DNA of 45,659 nucleotides from Octopus bimaculoides. Its lineage: Eukaryota. Shown here piece after piece: positions 12,290 through 26,289 of this stretch. Location: NCBI RefSeq assembly GCF_001194135.2, contig NC_068984.1, forward strand, positions 26,865,260 through 26,910,918. The letters run 5' to 3'. The notes under the pieces are model-generated. The model was given only the letters and a program-made list of their open reading frames with translations. It was not told where the DNA came from and made no database searches. How positions within the stretch are numbered: the stretch's first letter is position 1; each line of letters opens with the position of its first letter. Both the position numbers and the translations under genes were made by a program.

Positions 12290-13040
12290 CCTAAAGTTTG
12301 GTTTAACAACAGCAAGTTGCAAGCCTATCTATATCTTCCTATTGAGCTTCGCAACCGATCTCACGAATTTGGCAGCTAGCCGCCTGCTCGAGGTTACCAT
12401 AAATTCTTTATTGGAGAAGTGCACAAATTCTATTGCCGAAAGTGTCATGTTTATTATCAGGTAGTTGTCAAATGATGTACCCAAGACAATGCAGCCGTTT
12501 TGTCATGATTTTCTTTGACAGCAGAATTACCAATGAATCTGTCGTACAAATGGTTATTGTTGATTATGTAATCGCAAGAAACATTCAATGTTCTATACAA
12601 TAAACTTGAGTAGCAGTCATCTAATTGCTTATTTGACTGCAGTTGCATTAGTTATATATTAGAGGCGTAAATCCTTTTTGGCAGTATCAATGTGTAAAAC
12701 ATTTACAGCTTTGTTGAGATGATTTCATACAGCTGCAGCGACATCTGTACTAAAATGGCCCTTCGTTTTCTATATGGGATGCCATCCCTATTATTGCTAT
12801 CGATCGAGTTCAATTGCATGAAAGTTTTTGTAGTTTTGTTGGTATATTTTAATTAAATGCTAATAAGATAGCATTTGACAGCTTTTGCAGCCATAATGAT
12901 ATGAATATTTTCTTGCCTTTTTATTTGTATTGAACTTCAAACCAACAAATTCTGCCTTCTGTAAATTCATAGTTGAGGTATTGTTGAATACCAATGATAG
13001 AATTATCAAGCCAAGTATATTAAAGAAAACGAAGGAAGGA
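12290..13040 (-). mobile_element. Highly decayed LINE (CR1/L2-like) 3' region
   Basis: Weak motifs only: 'GIPYRKRR..LYEII' and 'TFGNRICALL' (cf. FFSNRVVNAWNxLP). Many stops. Confidence 0.3.
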
Positions 13041-13183
13041 ACCGATGACGATGGTGGGAGAGATAAAGTAATACGAAATAAAGAACAAAAATAACAAAGA
13101 AAAAGTAAACACCACACATATTGATATCTTGGCAGATTCAGGGTAAGTTTTGTAGGGAAGAAAATAAAAATGACGAACGAGAA

Positions 13184-13184
<1 letters not shown>

Positions 13185-13279
<95 letters not shown>

Positions 13280-13290
13280 TGTGTGTGTGT
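13185..13290. repeat. (GA)n then (GT)n microsatellite
   Basis: Directly visible. Confidence 0.97.
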
Positions 13291-13956
13291 AAGTTAAAGA
13301 CGGGAGAAAAAGAGAGAAAGAAAAGCCCTAGAAATAAACAAATACAATAAAACAAATATTTAAAGATTGATGGAGGTTGTTTTTGTAGTGTTTCTAGAAG
13401 ACGGAGAAGAAGAAAAAAAATAAGATGTTGAAAGAGGAGAAAAAGTAAAAGAGGATGCTATATAAGAAGCTATGTTGGCAATAAGAGTTTCTATTTCGTC
13501 CCCCACTACCTTGAAATATCTGAACTACCTGCTAACATAAATGCAGCCTGTATAATTTCCTTTCAAGCTGTGTAACACTTGCAAACGTCTCCTATTAAGA
13601 CTGTAATTATATTTCCCAGATATCAATATAGCTTTCAAAGAAGCATTGATATAAATCATGTGGTTCAATCGACAGGGTTTAGAAAAGAGCAGCATTGTGT
13701 TGAATGTCAGTAGTAATTTAATACCTTGGCTAATATAAAAAAAAAGAAATGCGCGAGACCTTCAATTTTCAAGAGTATACCAACACATAGATATAGATTA
13801 TCAAATTTTTGCTGCACAAATATTTACATAACATATCACATATGCAGTCACGTCCACTGGAAACATAACCCAGCGATTTATTATGTTGTATGTCTATCCC
13901 TTTATCTACTTGTATATGTATGTAGTACACATGCACTCACACACACATATATGGAT

Positions 13957-14068
13957 CTCCGACAGTTTCGACGATGACGATTCAGTTGTTTGATCAACTG
14001 AATTGTCTGCCCATAGAATTAGTGTGTAACTGGCCGAACATTCCGCAGTCACATGTACCATCAACATG
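13957..14068 (-). mobile_element. Diverged SINE tail X fragment
   Basis: 'ctccgacagtttcgacgatgacgattcagttgtttgatcaactgaattgtctgccc' aligns by eye to 5517-5575 and 37627-37685. Confidence 0.6.
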
Positions 14069-14149
14069 AATATCAAATTAAATCTAAGTCACACAATGCA
14101 TGATGATGCGATACATCTGAATTACAGATAAAATTCATCAGACAAGCTT

Positions 14150-14300
14150 CCACATATTTTTTCTGAACCTAATTTCAAACACAAAGCAAGAGTAGATCCA
14201 AGGCAATAGTAAAAACCAATGCACGAGATTCCACGCAGTGGAATCGAACTGGAGATCTGGTGATTGCAAAACGAACTTCTTATACATTCTGCCATGCCGT
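14150..14300 (-). mobile_element. Degenerate tRNA-derived SINE (5' part)
   Basis: Minus strand 'ggcatggcagaatgtataagaag...agttcgattccactgcgtgg' carries a B-box and resembles the head at 37971-38010. Confidence 0.6.
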
Positions 14301-16082
14301 GTTCTATATGCATGTTATGTATGTATGTATGTATGTATGTATGTATGTATGTATGCATGCATGTATATGTGCATACACACATAAAGCTACATATGCAAAG
14401 GAACATGTTCACATGAACAAGCATGTATGTTACTGTACATACGGATCTTGTTGCATGCTAAACTTCTAGAATGATTTACATATTTTGACAGTGAATTTGA
14501 TGGCTTGCAGTTATAATCTTTTGATTTTGTGAAAGCACGCTTCACAGGACTGGCACGAGGCAGTTAGTCACGTAACCAAGTAGTCTAATAATTATTGATA
14601 GAGATATAGGACTATAGTTCAATTTAATACAGATGTATACTTTTCACTAGCTTTAACATGAATATATGCAGGGGTGTAGGTATGTATACGTTCATATACG
14701 TATGTATGAATATTTATATGTATGTATTGATGTAGGTATGCATGAGTGTCTACCTACATCAATGTTGAGTACTAATCTGCCTTCTCAACCTAAATTATAC
14801 AAATAGTACTTAATAGAAGCGAAATGAAAGCTGCTTTTGACGAAGTCCATGCTGCAGCAAGCATTCGAATCAGGACTTCGGTCTGATGGCAACTTGACCG
14901 ACATTCTGATGCCTTATATTCAAGAACAGCAGCAGCATACAAGCCGTGATTCCTAACCTTCCTTCCATTTGCACAGGCTTTACAATGATTATAACCTCTG
15001 CTTTTCTTCTAATAAGCTGTAAGAAATGAAACCGTTCAGATCCAGAAATACTGAGAACACCCTAGGATAGGCAGTCGAAAGTCATCCCTTAATTCTGATA
15101 GCTTCTTTCCTTGAATTGCTGCTTTCTGAAACTTGCAACCAACATTTTCTTACCCTCTAGTCCATCATATCCAGTCTTTTAAGCTTTTTGTCGATCGACA
15201 TCTTTTGCATTTGCAGGTCCTTTCTTTTCGTTCTTTGTAGTCTCTAACACAGTGGCTTCAAGCATTGTTTGCAACAAAATCGAAAAAAAAATTGTGCGGA
15301 ACACAGTATACAAGTTTGAAGAGATTTCATTGATAGCCAGATAGCTGAATCCAAGAAAAAAACGTCTTTCATCATTCTGTAAAACTCTTTCACATATTTC
15401 TTTAGAGTTGATACTTGACACTAATTCCTAAGATAGGAATCTTTTGACTTGACCTACGTGACATTTTGAAAATTACAGCGTAGTGATGACGGTAATGGTA
15501 ATACTAAGGAGGATTAGTGAAGCAAAGTGATTGGAAAATTGCTACTTATATATTATACACACACTCACTCTCGCACACACACACACACGCACGCTCGCAC
15601 TCACACACACACGCACGCTCGCACACACACACACACACGCACGCTCGCACACACACATACAAACACACATGAGTGTATGTGCACAAACACGTGTGTGAAG
15701 ACTCAAAATTAATGACGAGAATAGCAACACAAAACAAGAAAGGAAACAAATATAGTTATTAGCGTGAAAGATTAAGGAAGTGGAAGTGTCACTGACATTT
15801 TGAGCTTAAGCTCTTCTTCAAAAAGTTAAATAGCTACGCGAAAGAAAATTGTCCAGGAAAGAAAGAGAACTGGAGTAACGGTCAAATATACGTTGTTTTG
15901 TGTAAAGTCATGTTGAAAATAGAAATCAGATGACCGGTATATATATATATTTCGCAGATGAGATCCAGAGATTCTCAGTTTAGAAGACACTTAGTAGTGC
16001 TTAAAAGATTCAAACTTAGGTTCCAATGTCATTACAGGGGATCATTCCAGAAGGTAATGAGAGGGATCAAGTTAATCATATA

Positions 16083-16968
16083 TACGTAGACTGATCAATA
16101 AGTATTCGGACTGTCGCATAGTAACGAAGTTAAAATATGGAGAATGAAGCCACTCGGCAAAAATTGACTTTGAACTCTGCTATGCATGGGCAATAAATTT
16201 TAAAGTTCTAGCTTACTTCCGCTGTGTAGAGCAGTGCTTGGAAGGAACGTGCGTAGCGTGTGATAATCGTACTGACCATGACAGAGAAAGTTGTGCAGAG
16301 AATCTGCATTAAATTTTACCAAAATCTTAGCGATACCTGCCCAGAGGCCTACACAAAATTTTCAAATTCTTTCATCGTTGTTGACACAATCAAGAATTTG
16401 TGCAACTGAAACCCGAGTGTCTTCTTGGTCAGCTGAAAGCCGTTTTGGCACAAACTTGGCAGATATGCGTCTCATACCCAAATCTTAGGTGAACTGATCT
16501 ATAAATAATCTGCACATCCTCTGATAATTCACGGATAGTGGATTCGACGATTTCTCCTCATAGCTGCACGTACATCTGCGATGTTTTTATCAGTTCTGCT
16601 GTTTGCGGATTTCCCAGAACCTTCGTCAATATCGACATATTTTCGGCCATCTTGGAAACATCTGAAACACTCTTACTTTTGTGTGCGACACATACACTCT
16701 TCTCCATAAACTTTCTGCCATTTTGCGCAGGCCTCTGAGCAGGTATCATCATGATAACTCTCTCTTTCATGGTCAATGCGGTGATCACACGCTACACACC
16801 TTCCTTCCAAGCACTGTTGTAAACAGCAGAAGTGGGCTAGAACGTTAAAACTTTGTGCGCATGCACTGTGGAGTTTAAGGCCAATTTGTTCCAAGCAGCT
16901 TTACACTTTCCGTACTTTAATTTCGTTACTATGGCAACAGTCCGGATACTTATTGATCAGACCTCGTA
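16083..16968 (-). mobile_element. Non-autonomous mariner derivative composed of two inverted 5' ends
   Basis: TIRs 'tacgtagactgatcaataagtattcggactgt' and rc 'tacgaggtctgatcaataagtatccggactgt', with TA on both flanks. Plus arm encodes MTEKVVQRICIKFYQNLSDTCPEAYTKFS. Minus arm encodes a frameshifted transposase N-half (FQDGRKYVDIDEGSGK..., GMRRISAKFVPKRLSADQ). Confidence 0.9.
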
Positions 16969-17713
16969 TATGAATGTATATATGTATGTGTGTGTGTATA
17001 TGTATGTGTGTGTGTGTATGTATATGTATGTATACATATATATATACATTTGTGCATGTGTGTATTATGTCAATGTATTCAAGTGTGATGAATCAGTGAT
17101 CAGGATCAATCCAATGAACTTAGTAAGACATCTGACAGAATAATGAAACACATTCTTCTGGGACTGAACTCTTTCGATATCAATTAAAACTGAAACTTTA
17201 TATACATGCTTATATATAAGAATGTGTTCAGCTGTTATCAATATATATATATATATATAAATGTAGATGTGTGCATATGTGTATATATGTGTGTATAAGT
17301 ATGCAAGGGTGTAAAAATATGTTCAGTGCTTTTGTATGTAATTTTGTTCTTTTATTGTGACTCTTAGTGTGTTAGCGTACATGTTGGTTACACTGTGGAT
17401 CCATGCATATGTGTATTGTATATGTGATTCCATGCGTCTATTACATGCGCATTTAAAATTGCTTGTAATTTGCTTAGAACAATGTGTGCACTCATTCACT
17501 TCGTAGCGAAGAACGAAAGAACCAATCTAAAGAATGCAGGAACGTATGTGTTCCACAATCCAATGTCGCTTCATTCACAGCCCAATATGTGTTTTCCCTC
17601 ACGTCTAGGACGAGAATATTCTCTGCTTACTGATTCAACAGACATGACTACATTGACATAATTTATATAACATTTCGAGAACGTTTAAAGCGATCGTATT
17701 CATCAAAATATTT

Positions 17714-17723
17714 GATAATATTG

Positions 17724-17794
<71 letters not shown>

Positions 17795-17836
17795 TGGATC
17801 CAACTTGTACAAATGCAAAACAAAAGTCAAACATAA

Positions 17837-17864
<28 letters not shown>
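17714..17864. repeat. (AAT)n microsatellite interrupted by a 43-bp insert (17795-17837)
   Basis: Directly visible. Confidence 0.95.
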
Positions 17865-17865
<1 letters not shown>

Positions 17866-17867
<2 letters not shown>

Positions 17868-18412
17868 GCTCGGATGCAGTACCAGGCAGTGGCTCTCATG
17901 GTTTCTGATCTTAATTCATTGGAGGTGTTATCATGTACATTGTTTTGTCTTCGTATAAAAAGATGGGCTACAGCAAATATTCTGCTTAATACCACAGATT
18001 TGTTTGTCTGTTGTTTGACCTTAACCAGTTGAGCATGTCCCTTGGTGGCTGACGATATGTACATCTCTGATCACGAGCAGAAGTACTTGGGGAGTATCAT
18101 AGCCATGTGTTGAGAGGAATTCTTTGGTTTTTGAATAATTCACCTCTGGAAACATGGGTGTTTCATTCAACATCCTCAAACAACCCTTAATCAAGGATCT
18201 TTCGAGTGGGTTGGACTACTCAATATAAATAAAATTCTAACTGGGCCCCACCTGCGCTGTTTATCTTGATATGAGATCACCATGTCGTGCATATGTGGTT
18301 GTGATGCATGTGCCTGGTGTACCCTTATCAGACGGGTAATCATGATTGGTATACTGGGATTCGTATATTTTACTCCAGTGTCACTTTGATGACATGCTCT
18401 GATCTCTCACTC
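17866..18412 (+). mobile_element. Interspersed repeat, probably the 3' end of a non-LTR retrotransposon with (AAT)n tail
   Basis: GC-richer unique block flanked by (AAT)n on both sides and ending 'ctctcactc-aataataa'. Resembles an abundant octopus repeat as I recall it. Confidence 0.55.
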
Positions 18413-18453
<41 letters not shown>

Positions 18454-18639
18454 TAATACTAATAATGATAATATATATATACTGCATACGTATTCGTTGT
18501 GTTTGATGAAAAAAATAAAGCTAAAATGCATTTATATACGATAGGAACATTTATTGCACATAAGGAGTACATACAAATGTTAATTTACTGAGGAGGAATT
18601 TATAATCAAAATTACACGTGTAGACGCACAACAATGTAG

Positions 18640-18716
18640 TTATGTATGTATGTATGTATGTATGTATGTATGTATTTATGTGCATATATATATGCATATA
18701 TATACATACATATATC

Positions 18717-18772
<56 letters not shown>

Positions 18773-18866
18773 GATATACGTATGTAAGTATTTACATGCA
18801 TATTTATGTACATGCATACATGCATGCATACATACATGCATGCATACATACATATAAATATATGTA

Positions 18867-18909
<43 letters not shown>

Positions 18910-19010
18910 CATACGCATACACACACACAAACACACACATATACATGCATATATATACTGATATATATTTATACTCATATATTCGATAAAATATATATTT
19001 GCGTACATGC
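18640..19010. repeat. Compound TATG/CA/TA microsatellite field
   Basis: Directly visible. Confidence 0.95.
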
Positions 19011-19424
19011 ATATAAAAAATAAGTTTGCATAATATTTGCCGACGATTTAATTTCAAGCAAAACTATGCTTGTACCCAAGAACATACTGGTGCGTATATA
19101 CGTACACGCATTGTAATATTCGCACCAACAAACTCAAAATAAGCCAACGCCTCTCCTAAATGTACGTTTACACGCGTATGTGCGTATATTTATACCAACA
19201 TCAGTTCTCTTAATTTCATAGATATACGAAAATATATTTATGCAAACATATGTGTGCGTTTCTAAATATATTTAAATATAATTCTATGTATATGTGATTC
19301 TTATATAGACACACCTAGTATATTGTGTATATATGTGTGACTAGATTTGCATCCGCTTTTCTTCTTCGAATCGAACAGTTGATAAAATGGTGAACATTTA
19401 TTATTTTGAACATGCATACACACC

Positions 19425-19493
<69 letters not shown>

Positions 19494-19494
19494 T

Positions 19495-19577
<83 letters not shown>

Positions 19578-19681
19578 GCCTTTATATCTGTCTGTCTCTA
19601 TCCGTCCGTCCATCCGTCCATCCGCCCACCCACTGCCTGCCTGCCTGTCTCCCTGCCTGTCTGCCTGCCTGTCTGCCTGCC

Positions 19682-19762
<81 letters not shown>
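19425..19762. repeat. Compound (TGTC)n/(TATC)n/(TGCC)n microsatellite
   Basis: Directly visible. Confidence 0.97.
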
Positions 19763-19763
<1 letters not shown>

Positions 19764-20897
19764 CACTTGCTGCAAAGTGTGTCTGTTCTATGTGCACTTT
19801 CTCTACTTTCGACATATTTTCCAAATACAGTTGAGATGCTTTTCTGTTTTCCTCTTTCTGTTCTCTCTCCTCCCTGTAACACAAGCACACATACTCATAT
19901 TCATACAAACGCACCCATGGACACATACCATTTCGCGCATATACATGTGTGGTGTCTGTGTGTGATATGTGCGTATATATTTATGCATGTCTTTATACAC
20001 ACATACGCGCACACACATACACACATATACACACACATACACACACACTCTCTCTTTCACATACATACACTCACTCTCGCACACACAACAACACACATTT
20101 ATATACAAATAGTATACACATATACACATGATGTTTGTGCCGTGTTGTTTAAGTGTGTGCGAATATATATATATATATGTATGCATTGATATATGTAAAT
20201 CCCTGTGCTATGTTATGTGTACCTATGAGTATGTATATGCGTTTATATTGGTAGATGTTTGCAACGGAAAATAAGATTGCTCGCTGTTGTCAGGAACTAT
20301 TCACCTGAATCCTTCAGCTTCCACTAAACTGAAAGAACGAAAGCCACCAGCAAATTCATACTATTTAGAAAAATACCCACAAAACACACTTTCCATGTGG
20401 TTTCCTTATCCCCAAACCCATGCTCTCGATATCTTACGCATATGAGCACACAGACACACAAACACAAATACACACTCACAAATTCACACACGTATATCAT
20501 ACCCATGGTCACGCATGCTATATTAAATAAATTACCATTCACTCCTGACAACAGTTGGTCAATTCACAAAGATTGGTTTTTACATGCGTAAATCCGACGT
20601 TGTTCTTTTATGTCTTTTAACCTTAAGTATTGCTTTTCCGGTGATTTTAAGAGAACCGTTTATATTTGAGGTTCCGTTTTTCTGAATTCCACTTATTATG
20701 AACGGTTTCATTCACTTATAGCAGTGAGACTTATCTAATATCACCACATTAATAACAAACATAACAGACAAATATAGTAAAATTGAAAAGATAATGTTTG
20801 CTCTAAAATAACTGTAGAACATTTTGTTTATCTATTTTTTTTCTTTCTCTCTAGTTTGAAAATATCTGATCCCGACTAGCATATTTAAGCTTCAAAA

Positions 20898-20976
20898 CCA
20901 CCACCACCACCACCACCACCACCACCACCACCAGCAGCCCAACCAATACCCCTACCATCGCTGCTGGTGCTACTGT

Positions 20977-21036
<60 letters not shown>

Positions 21037-21080
21037 CACCACCACCACCACCACCACCACTACTACTATTACTACTACTA
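20898..21080. repeat. (ACC)n/(ACT)n trinucleotide repeat
   Basis: Directly visible. Confidence 0.97.
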
Positions 21081-21346
21081 ACTTTTGTATTCGAAACCAA
21101 ATTCTGAAAGATTGAAATAGTCAATTTCTTCTCTGTCTATCTGTCTGTCTATGCTTCCGTTTGTGTCTCTTTGTCTATGTCTCACTCTCCCTTTTTAATT
21201 CTATTTTCTACAAGATCGGTTCAGTGCCCTAACCTATACAACCTGATATGTACGCATATGTGCGTATTGAGTGTGTACATGTGTATGGCTGGGTGTATGC
21301 ATTTATACATACATACATACATACATACATACATGCATACATACAT

Positions 21347-21377
<31 letters not shown>

Positions 21378-21429
21378 CACGCACACATACTAATATCTAT
21401 GTAAGTGTACAGTAAATTGTTCGGAATAT

Positions 21430-22030
21430 TTCGTTGTGATTTTCCTAAAAAGAAGGAAACAATTTCTAAGTGAAGAGATAGCTTCAGACAATAAGGAGGA
21501 AAGTTGCTTTTAGTCCATGAATATTTGCTGCATAATATGTTAGATATCATTGTAATAGTGCTACATGTATGATAATCAACCAAATTAGATCTTAACAACA
21601 CACAACAGGCTAAATTCACATTAGTGTTAAATTACTGTATTAAAGGTTTACAGAATATGTCTGTTGTGAAGACATTCAACCTTCATTGGTTTAGTGAACA
21701 ATTGAATGTGGTCATTCAACTTGCTGGAAATAGCAGTCAAATTATCCTCAAGTGATATGTTGGAAAAAATGACACATTTGGTAATGTAGGCCCAGAGATA
21801 CTTTTCAAAAGACAAGATGGAAACGGCGAGAAATCTGTGTATCAGAGCTGGCACGGGGTAAAGTATAGCTGCGAAATCAACCTGGCATTAGTTTGGTATT
21901 ATATATTAGTGAATAGCGGGAGTACTATAAACATAATGGGTGTTTCATTGGTTTGCAACATTGAGTTAAAGCCTTTCCATAGTTCTGAACAAAGCAAATC
22001 AAAGCCATCTAATATGTTATCAGCCCGAGC
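21430..22030 (-). mobile_element. Possible decayed CR1-like LINE (endonuclease C-terminus/tether)
   Basis: Minus fragments 'NISLEDNLTAISSKLNDHIQLF' and 'LSSLLSEAISSLRNCFLLFRK' resemble the CR1 tether region. Weak, with frameshifts. Confidence 0.3.
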
Positions 22031-23019
22031 CTGATATTAATCTTTTAATATACACTGGAACTCAACCTTTGTTCCAATTACAAATTACGCGTCATAGCTA
22101 GTATAGCATATTTCAGTTTATATTAAAAGTCAGCTCAGGTTTATTATAAGTTGGTTCATTTTGGCAGATTTCACGGTACCTACAATACAGAGCAGAGTGG
22201 TACTGACTGAGAGAATTCGGGGATGAAATGACTTGTGTTAATGCTCCGTTACCAGTGCCAAGTAAAAGAATCGTATCCATACTTCCATTGAGGTTTTCGT
22301 CTTAAATAACTCTGCTAACAATTACCATTACCGTTTCAAAAAGTAAAAGACAAAAAATACCATCTTTATATAGTTCTTTGGAATGTTGGACTATCTCAGC
22401 AACTTTACGACTGCCACGGAAACTGAAAGGAAGTAAATCAATCAATAATTAAAAAGAAGACAAATTTTAATCATTAAAACAGTAAAAGAGATGTTTAAAA
22501 TGAGTAACTATTGCCTATAAAATAGACCAGGGTAAATGCAGAAGAATACAGTCGCTTATTTTGTTTTCTGTGGCCACGTATTCGATTGGGGATAGTATCA
22601 TCCTCACAGGTTTTCAGTGATTATCTATGACAGAAAATAGGTTTAAAGGGATTTCGAATAAACTATGAAATTAATTGTTATTATTCTTCAATTTCATTGT
22701 TATAAACTTTTATAGTAGCATTTAAAGTGTCATACAGAAGCAATACTTTAAATCGTGTTAGTGGATAACTGGAAAGTGTTCCTATAGACGAGACTTAAAA
22801 CAGGCGGGAGGTGAATGAACCAGTGGTTTAGCATGATTCAATAGAAATAAAATTGTCAAATGGTTATTGAATTTGTCATGGAATATGTTACTTTAGAGTC
22901 CAGTACTTTCCCAAGCTACTATCAATTGTGCTTGTTAACATTGGTAATGGTTGTGGCCGCCATTTTCTTTATATTGATTCATATCTGTTTCTCGAAAGAT
23001 TTTTCAACCTTATGATCCT

Positions 23020-23260
23020 TGTTGTTGTTGTTGTTGTTGCTGTAGTTGTTATTGTTATTGTTGTTGTTATTATTATTATTGTTGTTGTTATTATTATCAT
23101 CATCACTGCTGTTGTCTTTGCTTTGTTGTTGACTATGTTCTTCGTTTTCTTCCTTTTTATTCTCTTCCTCCTCTTCCTGTCCTCATTCTTGTCGTTGTCA
23201 TCGTCGTGGGCATTGTTGCTGTGGTCGTCCTTCTCCTCCTCCTACTCATCATCACTTGCT
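23020..23260. repeat. Mixed GTT/ATT/CAT/CTT trinucleotide low-complexity tract
   Basis: Directly visible; explains ORF 22928-23302. Confidence 0.92.
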
Positions 23261-24508
23261 TTAGTGTACAGGATATTGTTTTCCTTCTCTCTAATTTTTT
23301 AAAAACTTTCTGTTCTTGTGGGAAATGAAGAAAATGATATATTTTTTAAAACATTCTATTATCGATAAAATGGGATTATATTACACTGGGGTATGTCAGT
23401 TGTTTTCTTTCTTTTTCTTTTAAACTTCAGTATCTAATTCATTGCCTCGTTTTTCAACAACTAGACGTCATCGAATTAAAGATATTCATAGCTTATATAT
23501 CAAGAGAGAATTTAAACAATTAACGCCGAGCAGAGTTGGATTCCTATACCACACATCCCATGTAAGCGACATTGTAAGGCCATACCCTGAGATGTAATCT
23601 TACTGAAAGAGAATATATCACAGTCCACGTTCTGTCTGAAAGAAAATAGAATATTATCTCAAAGTCGTTTTTTCTCCTTTCTGACTATAAATATATATCA
23701 TAACCTACAAATGCCATAAAATCATTTCTTTTTATTCGAAAAACAGCTAGAACGCAATATAAAAATAAAATAAAAATCGTAAATTAATGTAAGAAAGATA
23801 AAAAGTGAATAGATGAAAGATGATATACAGCAATAGAACAAAACTAAATGACATAAAGAATTAATAAAAAGAAATGTAAACAAAATGAAATGAAACCGAT
23901 ATACAATAAGGTTTCACAGTTTAGCATTATTGCTTTTGAAATCCAGAGATTGGCTCGAATTTCTTCGTTGTTTTTCTCTCTGTGGAGCATTATGTTCGAC
24001 CATATTTTAGCCAAGATAATGTCTGTGCATTGAAATATGAGAAAAATCTTTAAAATATTGGCTTTAACATCTCTGTACGACATTGTTAATTATTTTAGAC
24101 AGTAGTGATAGGGAAGATTTTGTCTGTACGTATATATATATATATATATACATGTATATATATATGTGTGTGTGTGTGTTCGTTTGTGTGTGAACATGTA
24201 AGCGCGTTTTGTATGTATGTACATATGCATATGTGTACCTATCTATTTATCTATCCATTTACATACAGACAGACCGACAGACACACATACATACATACAT
24301 ACATACATACATACATACATACATACATACATACATACATACATACAAACGATCACACTGACTGCAAAGAGAGTGGTTTTGGTCTGTGTCGGCAAGATTT
24401 GTACTATTTGGCAAAATCAACAAAAAGAACAATGAAAATGCTGTGGGGAATGGAAAATCCAGAGTTTCGGACAGATTCCTTCTCATATATATATATATAT
24501 ATATATAT

Positions 24509-24800
24509 NNNNNNNNNNNNNNNNNNNNNNNNNNNNNNNNNNNNNNNNNNNNNNNNNNNNNNNNNNNNNNNNNNNNNNNNNNNNNNNNNNNNNNNNNNNN
24601 NNNNNNNNNNNNNNNNNNNNNNNNNNNNNNNNNNNNNNNNNNNNNNNNNNNNNNNNNNNNNNNNNNNNNNNNNNNNNNNNNNNNNNNNNNNNNNNNNNNN
24701 NNNNNNNNNNNNNNNNNNNNNNNNNNNNNNNNNNNNNNNNNNNNNNNNNNNNNNNNNNNNNNNNNNNNNNNNNNNNNNNNNNNNNNNNNNNNNNNNNNNN
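24509..24800. other. Assembly gap (N run)
   Basis: Run of n. Confidence 1.
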
Positions 24801-25789
24801 ATGTATGCATGTATATTTATTTTTATGTTTCTTCTGTGAAAGAAACTTTGCTATCGTAATGTTTAGCATTGCAGCAGTTTAGCAAGCTAAACCCCATTAT
24901 TAAAAAAGACAAATGAAAAACATTTTCGCTGTGTGACCATTCTGACAAATTCTCTCTTGAAATTGACCCTCTTTATGTGGAACCAGGTCGCTGTTTCGTT
25001 TTTGCGTACAAAATCAATCATCTTTTGTTTCTTTTTTTGCATTTTAGAATGTGTATTTCTTCTAAATCGTGTAACATGTGAAGTATAGCGATTAAAAAAA
25101 GTAAAGCATTATTGCTATATTTTTATGTTATCCCTTTATGGTAAGTGGAAATAATGTTTTGAAATTATTGGGATTTGAATTGTCAACTTTGGAAGTACTA
25201 ATGAATTAATCTAACAAAACGAAAAAAAATGCTCTTCAAAATTGGAGTGTAATACTAGTAAACTAGCACAGACACGCAGCAAAATCACGGAAAAATAATT
25301 ATGATACTTGACAGTCACTAATTTCCCAAGTCATTATGCAGTGAAAGGCATTAAACAGTTAATAGAAGAAGCTGAGCAAGTCATAGTTTTTGCTGCTCAC
25401 TCATTACTTCTCGCGCATTGTTTGAAAATATCACGAAAACATATCGTTGCTATTATGCAAATGTGTCGTAAGTCCAAAACGTTGCTTTTTCAGAAAACGA
25501 AAAAGACAGTTTCACCATTCCATTTCTTTTTACATTAGCAACCGTTTCAGCTTAACAAGAATACTTTGTTGGGTGCATAAAATCGTAACTCCATGCATGT
25601 ATAATATTTTCAGTTAGAAATATTTTTGCAAAACTGTCGTATGTGGGACTTACTACACTTTTGAAAAGTGCTAAACTGTTGTACTACAATTTGACAATTT
25701 TTATTTGAAGCAGTTGGAGATACGATATTTTGAACAAAAGAACCAGTTATGCGAAATTAAATATTGAGAAAACCTAATAGGAAAGTTGC

Positions 25790-26160
25790 ACAAAATGTAT
25801 TTATTGGACGGTTCGTTGAACATTTCTGCCTTGTTGTCATTTGTTACGATTAGAAGAATAATTTGGAATGCAAATTTCTTTTGGGTACGCTTCTAGTCAT
25901 CCTTCAGTTATCGTTTGCATTTCACCAAGGGCAAATTTAGTACTAGAGCTTATGGATCAGGAAGTTATTTCCATTTTCAAGGCATGTTATCTTTAAGCCA
26001 GCTGAATTCAGCGTTTGATGATAATCATCAGCTTGTCAAAGAAACTGAAAGAATTACAACATACGCTAGCAATAAAAAATTTGTTTGTCAAAATTTTAAA
26101 TATACATGCCTATATAAGGATTTGGAGAACTTACGTCCAACTAGAAAGAAGTAAGGGTCT
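25790..26160 (+). mobile_element. Tigger/pogo-family DNA transposon remnant (DDE_1 domain pseudogene)
   Basis: 'KNNLECKFLL / YASSHPSVIVCISPRANLVLELMDQEVISIFKACYL' (LMDQEV...YL at 25949-25993) parallels Tigger 'xLLLLDNAPGHP...LPPNTTSLIQPMDQGVIxxFKAxYL'. Frameshifted, with stops. Confidence 0.75.
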
Positions 26161-26289
26161 CAGTGCGGCAGCAGTGCCAACTGAAATACGAGAGCAGTAC
26201 TGTATTATGGCTTTCTTCTGAATTTTCTAAAGAACTGTGTAGTTTGGTACTGAGTCATTGGTTGACACTGAAGAGAAGAGCCTACCTTT

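Noticed and set aside
14800-15421. ORF 15179-15421 and neighbouring frames as a host gene
   Set aside because: All frames contain several stops. It may be decayed LINE sequence, but the motifs are too weak to call.
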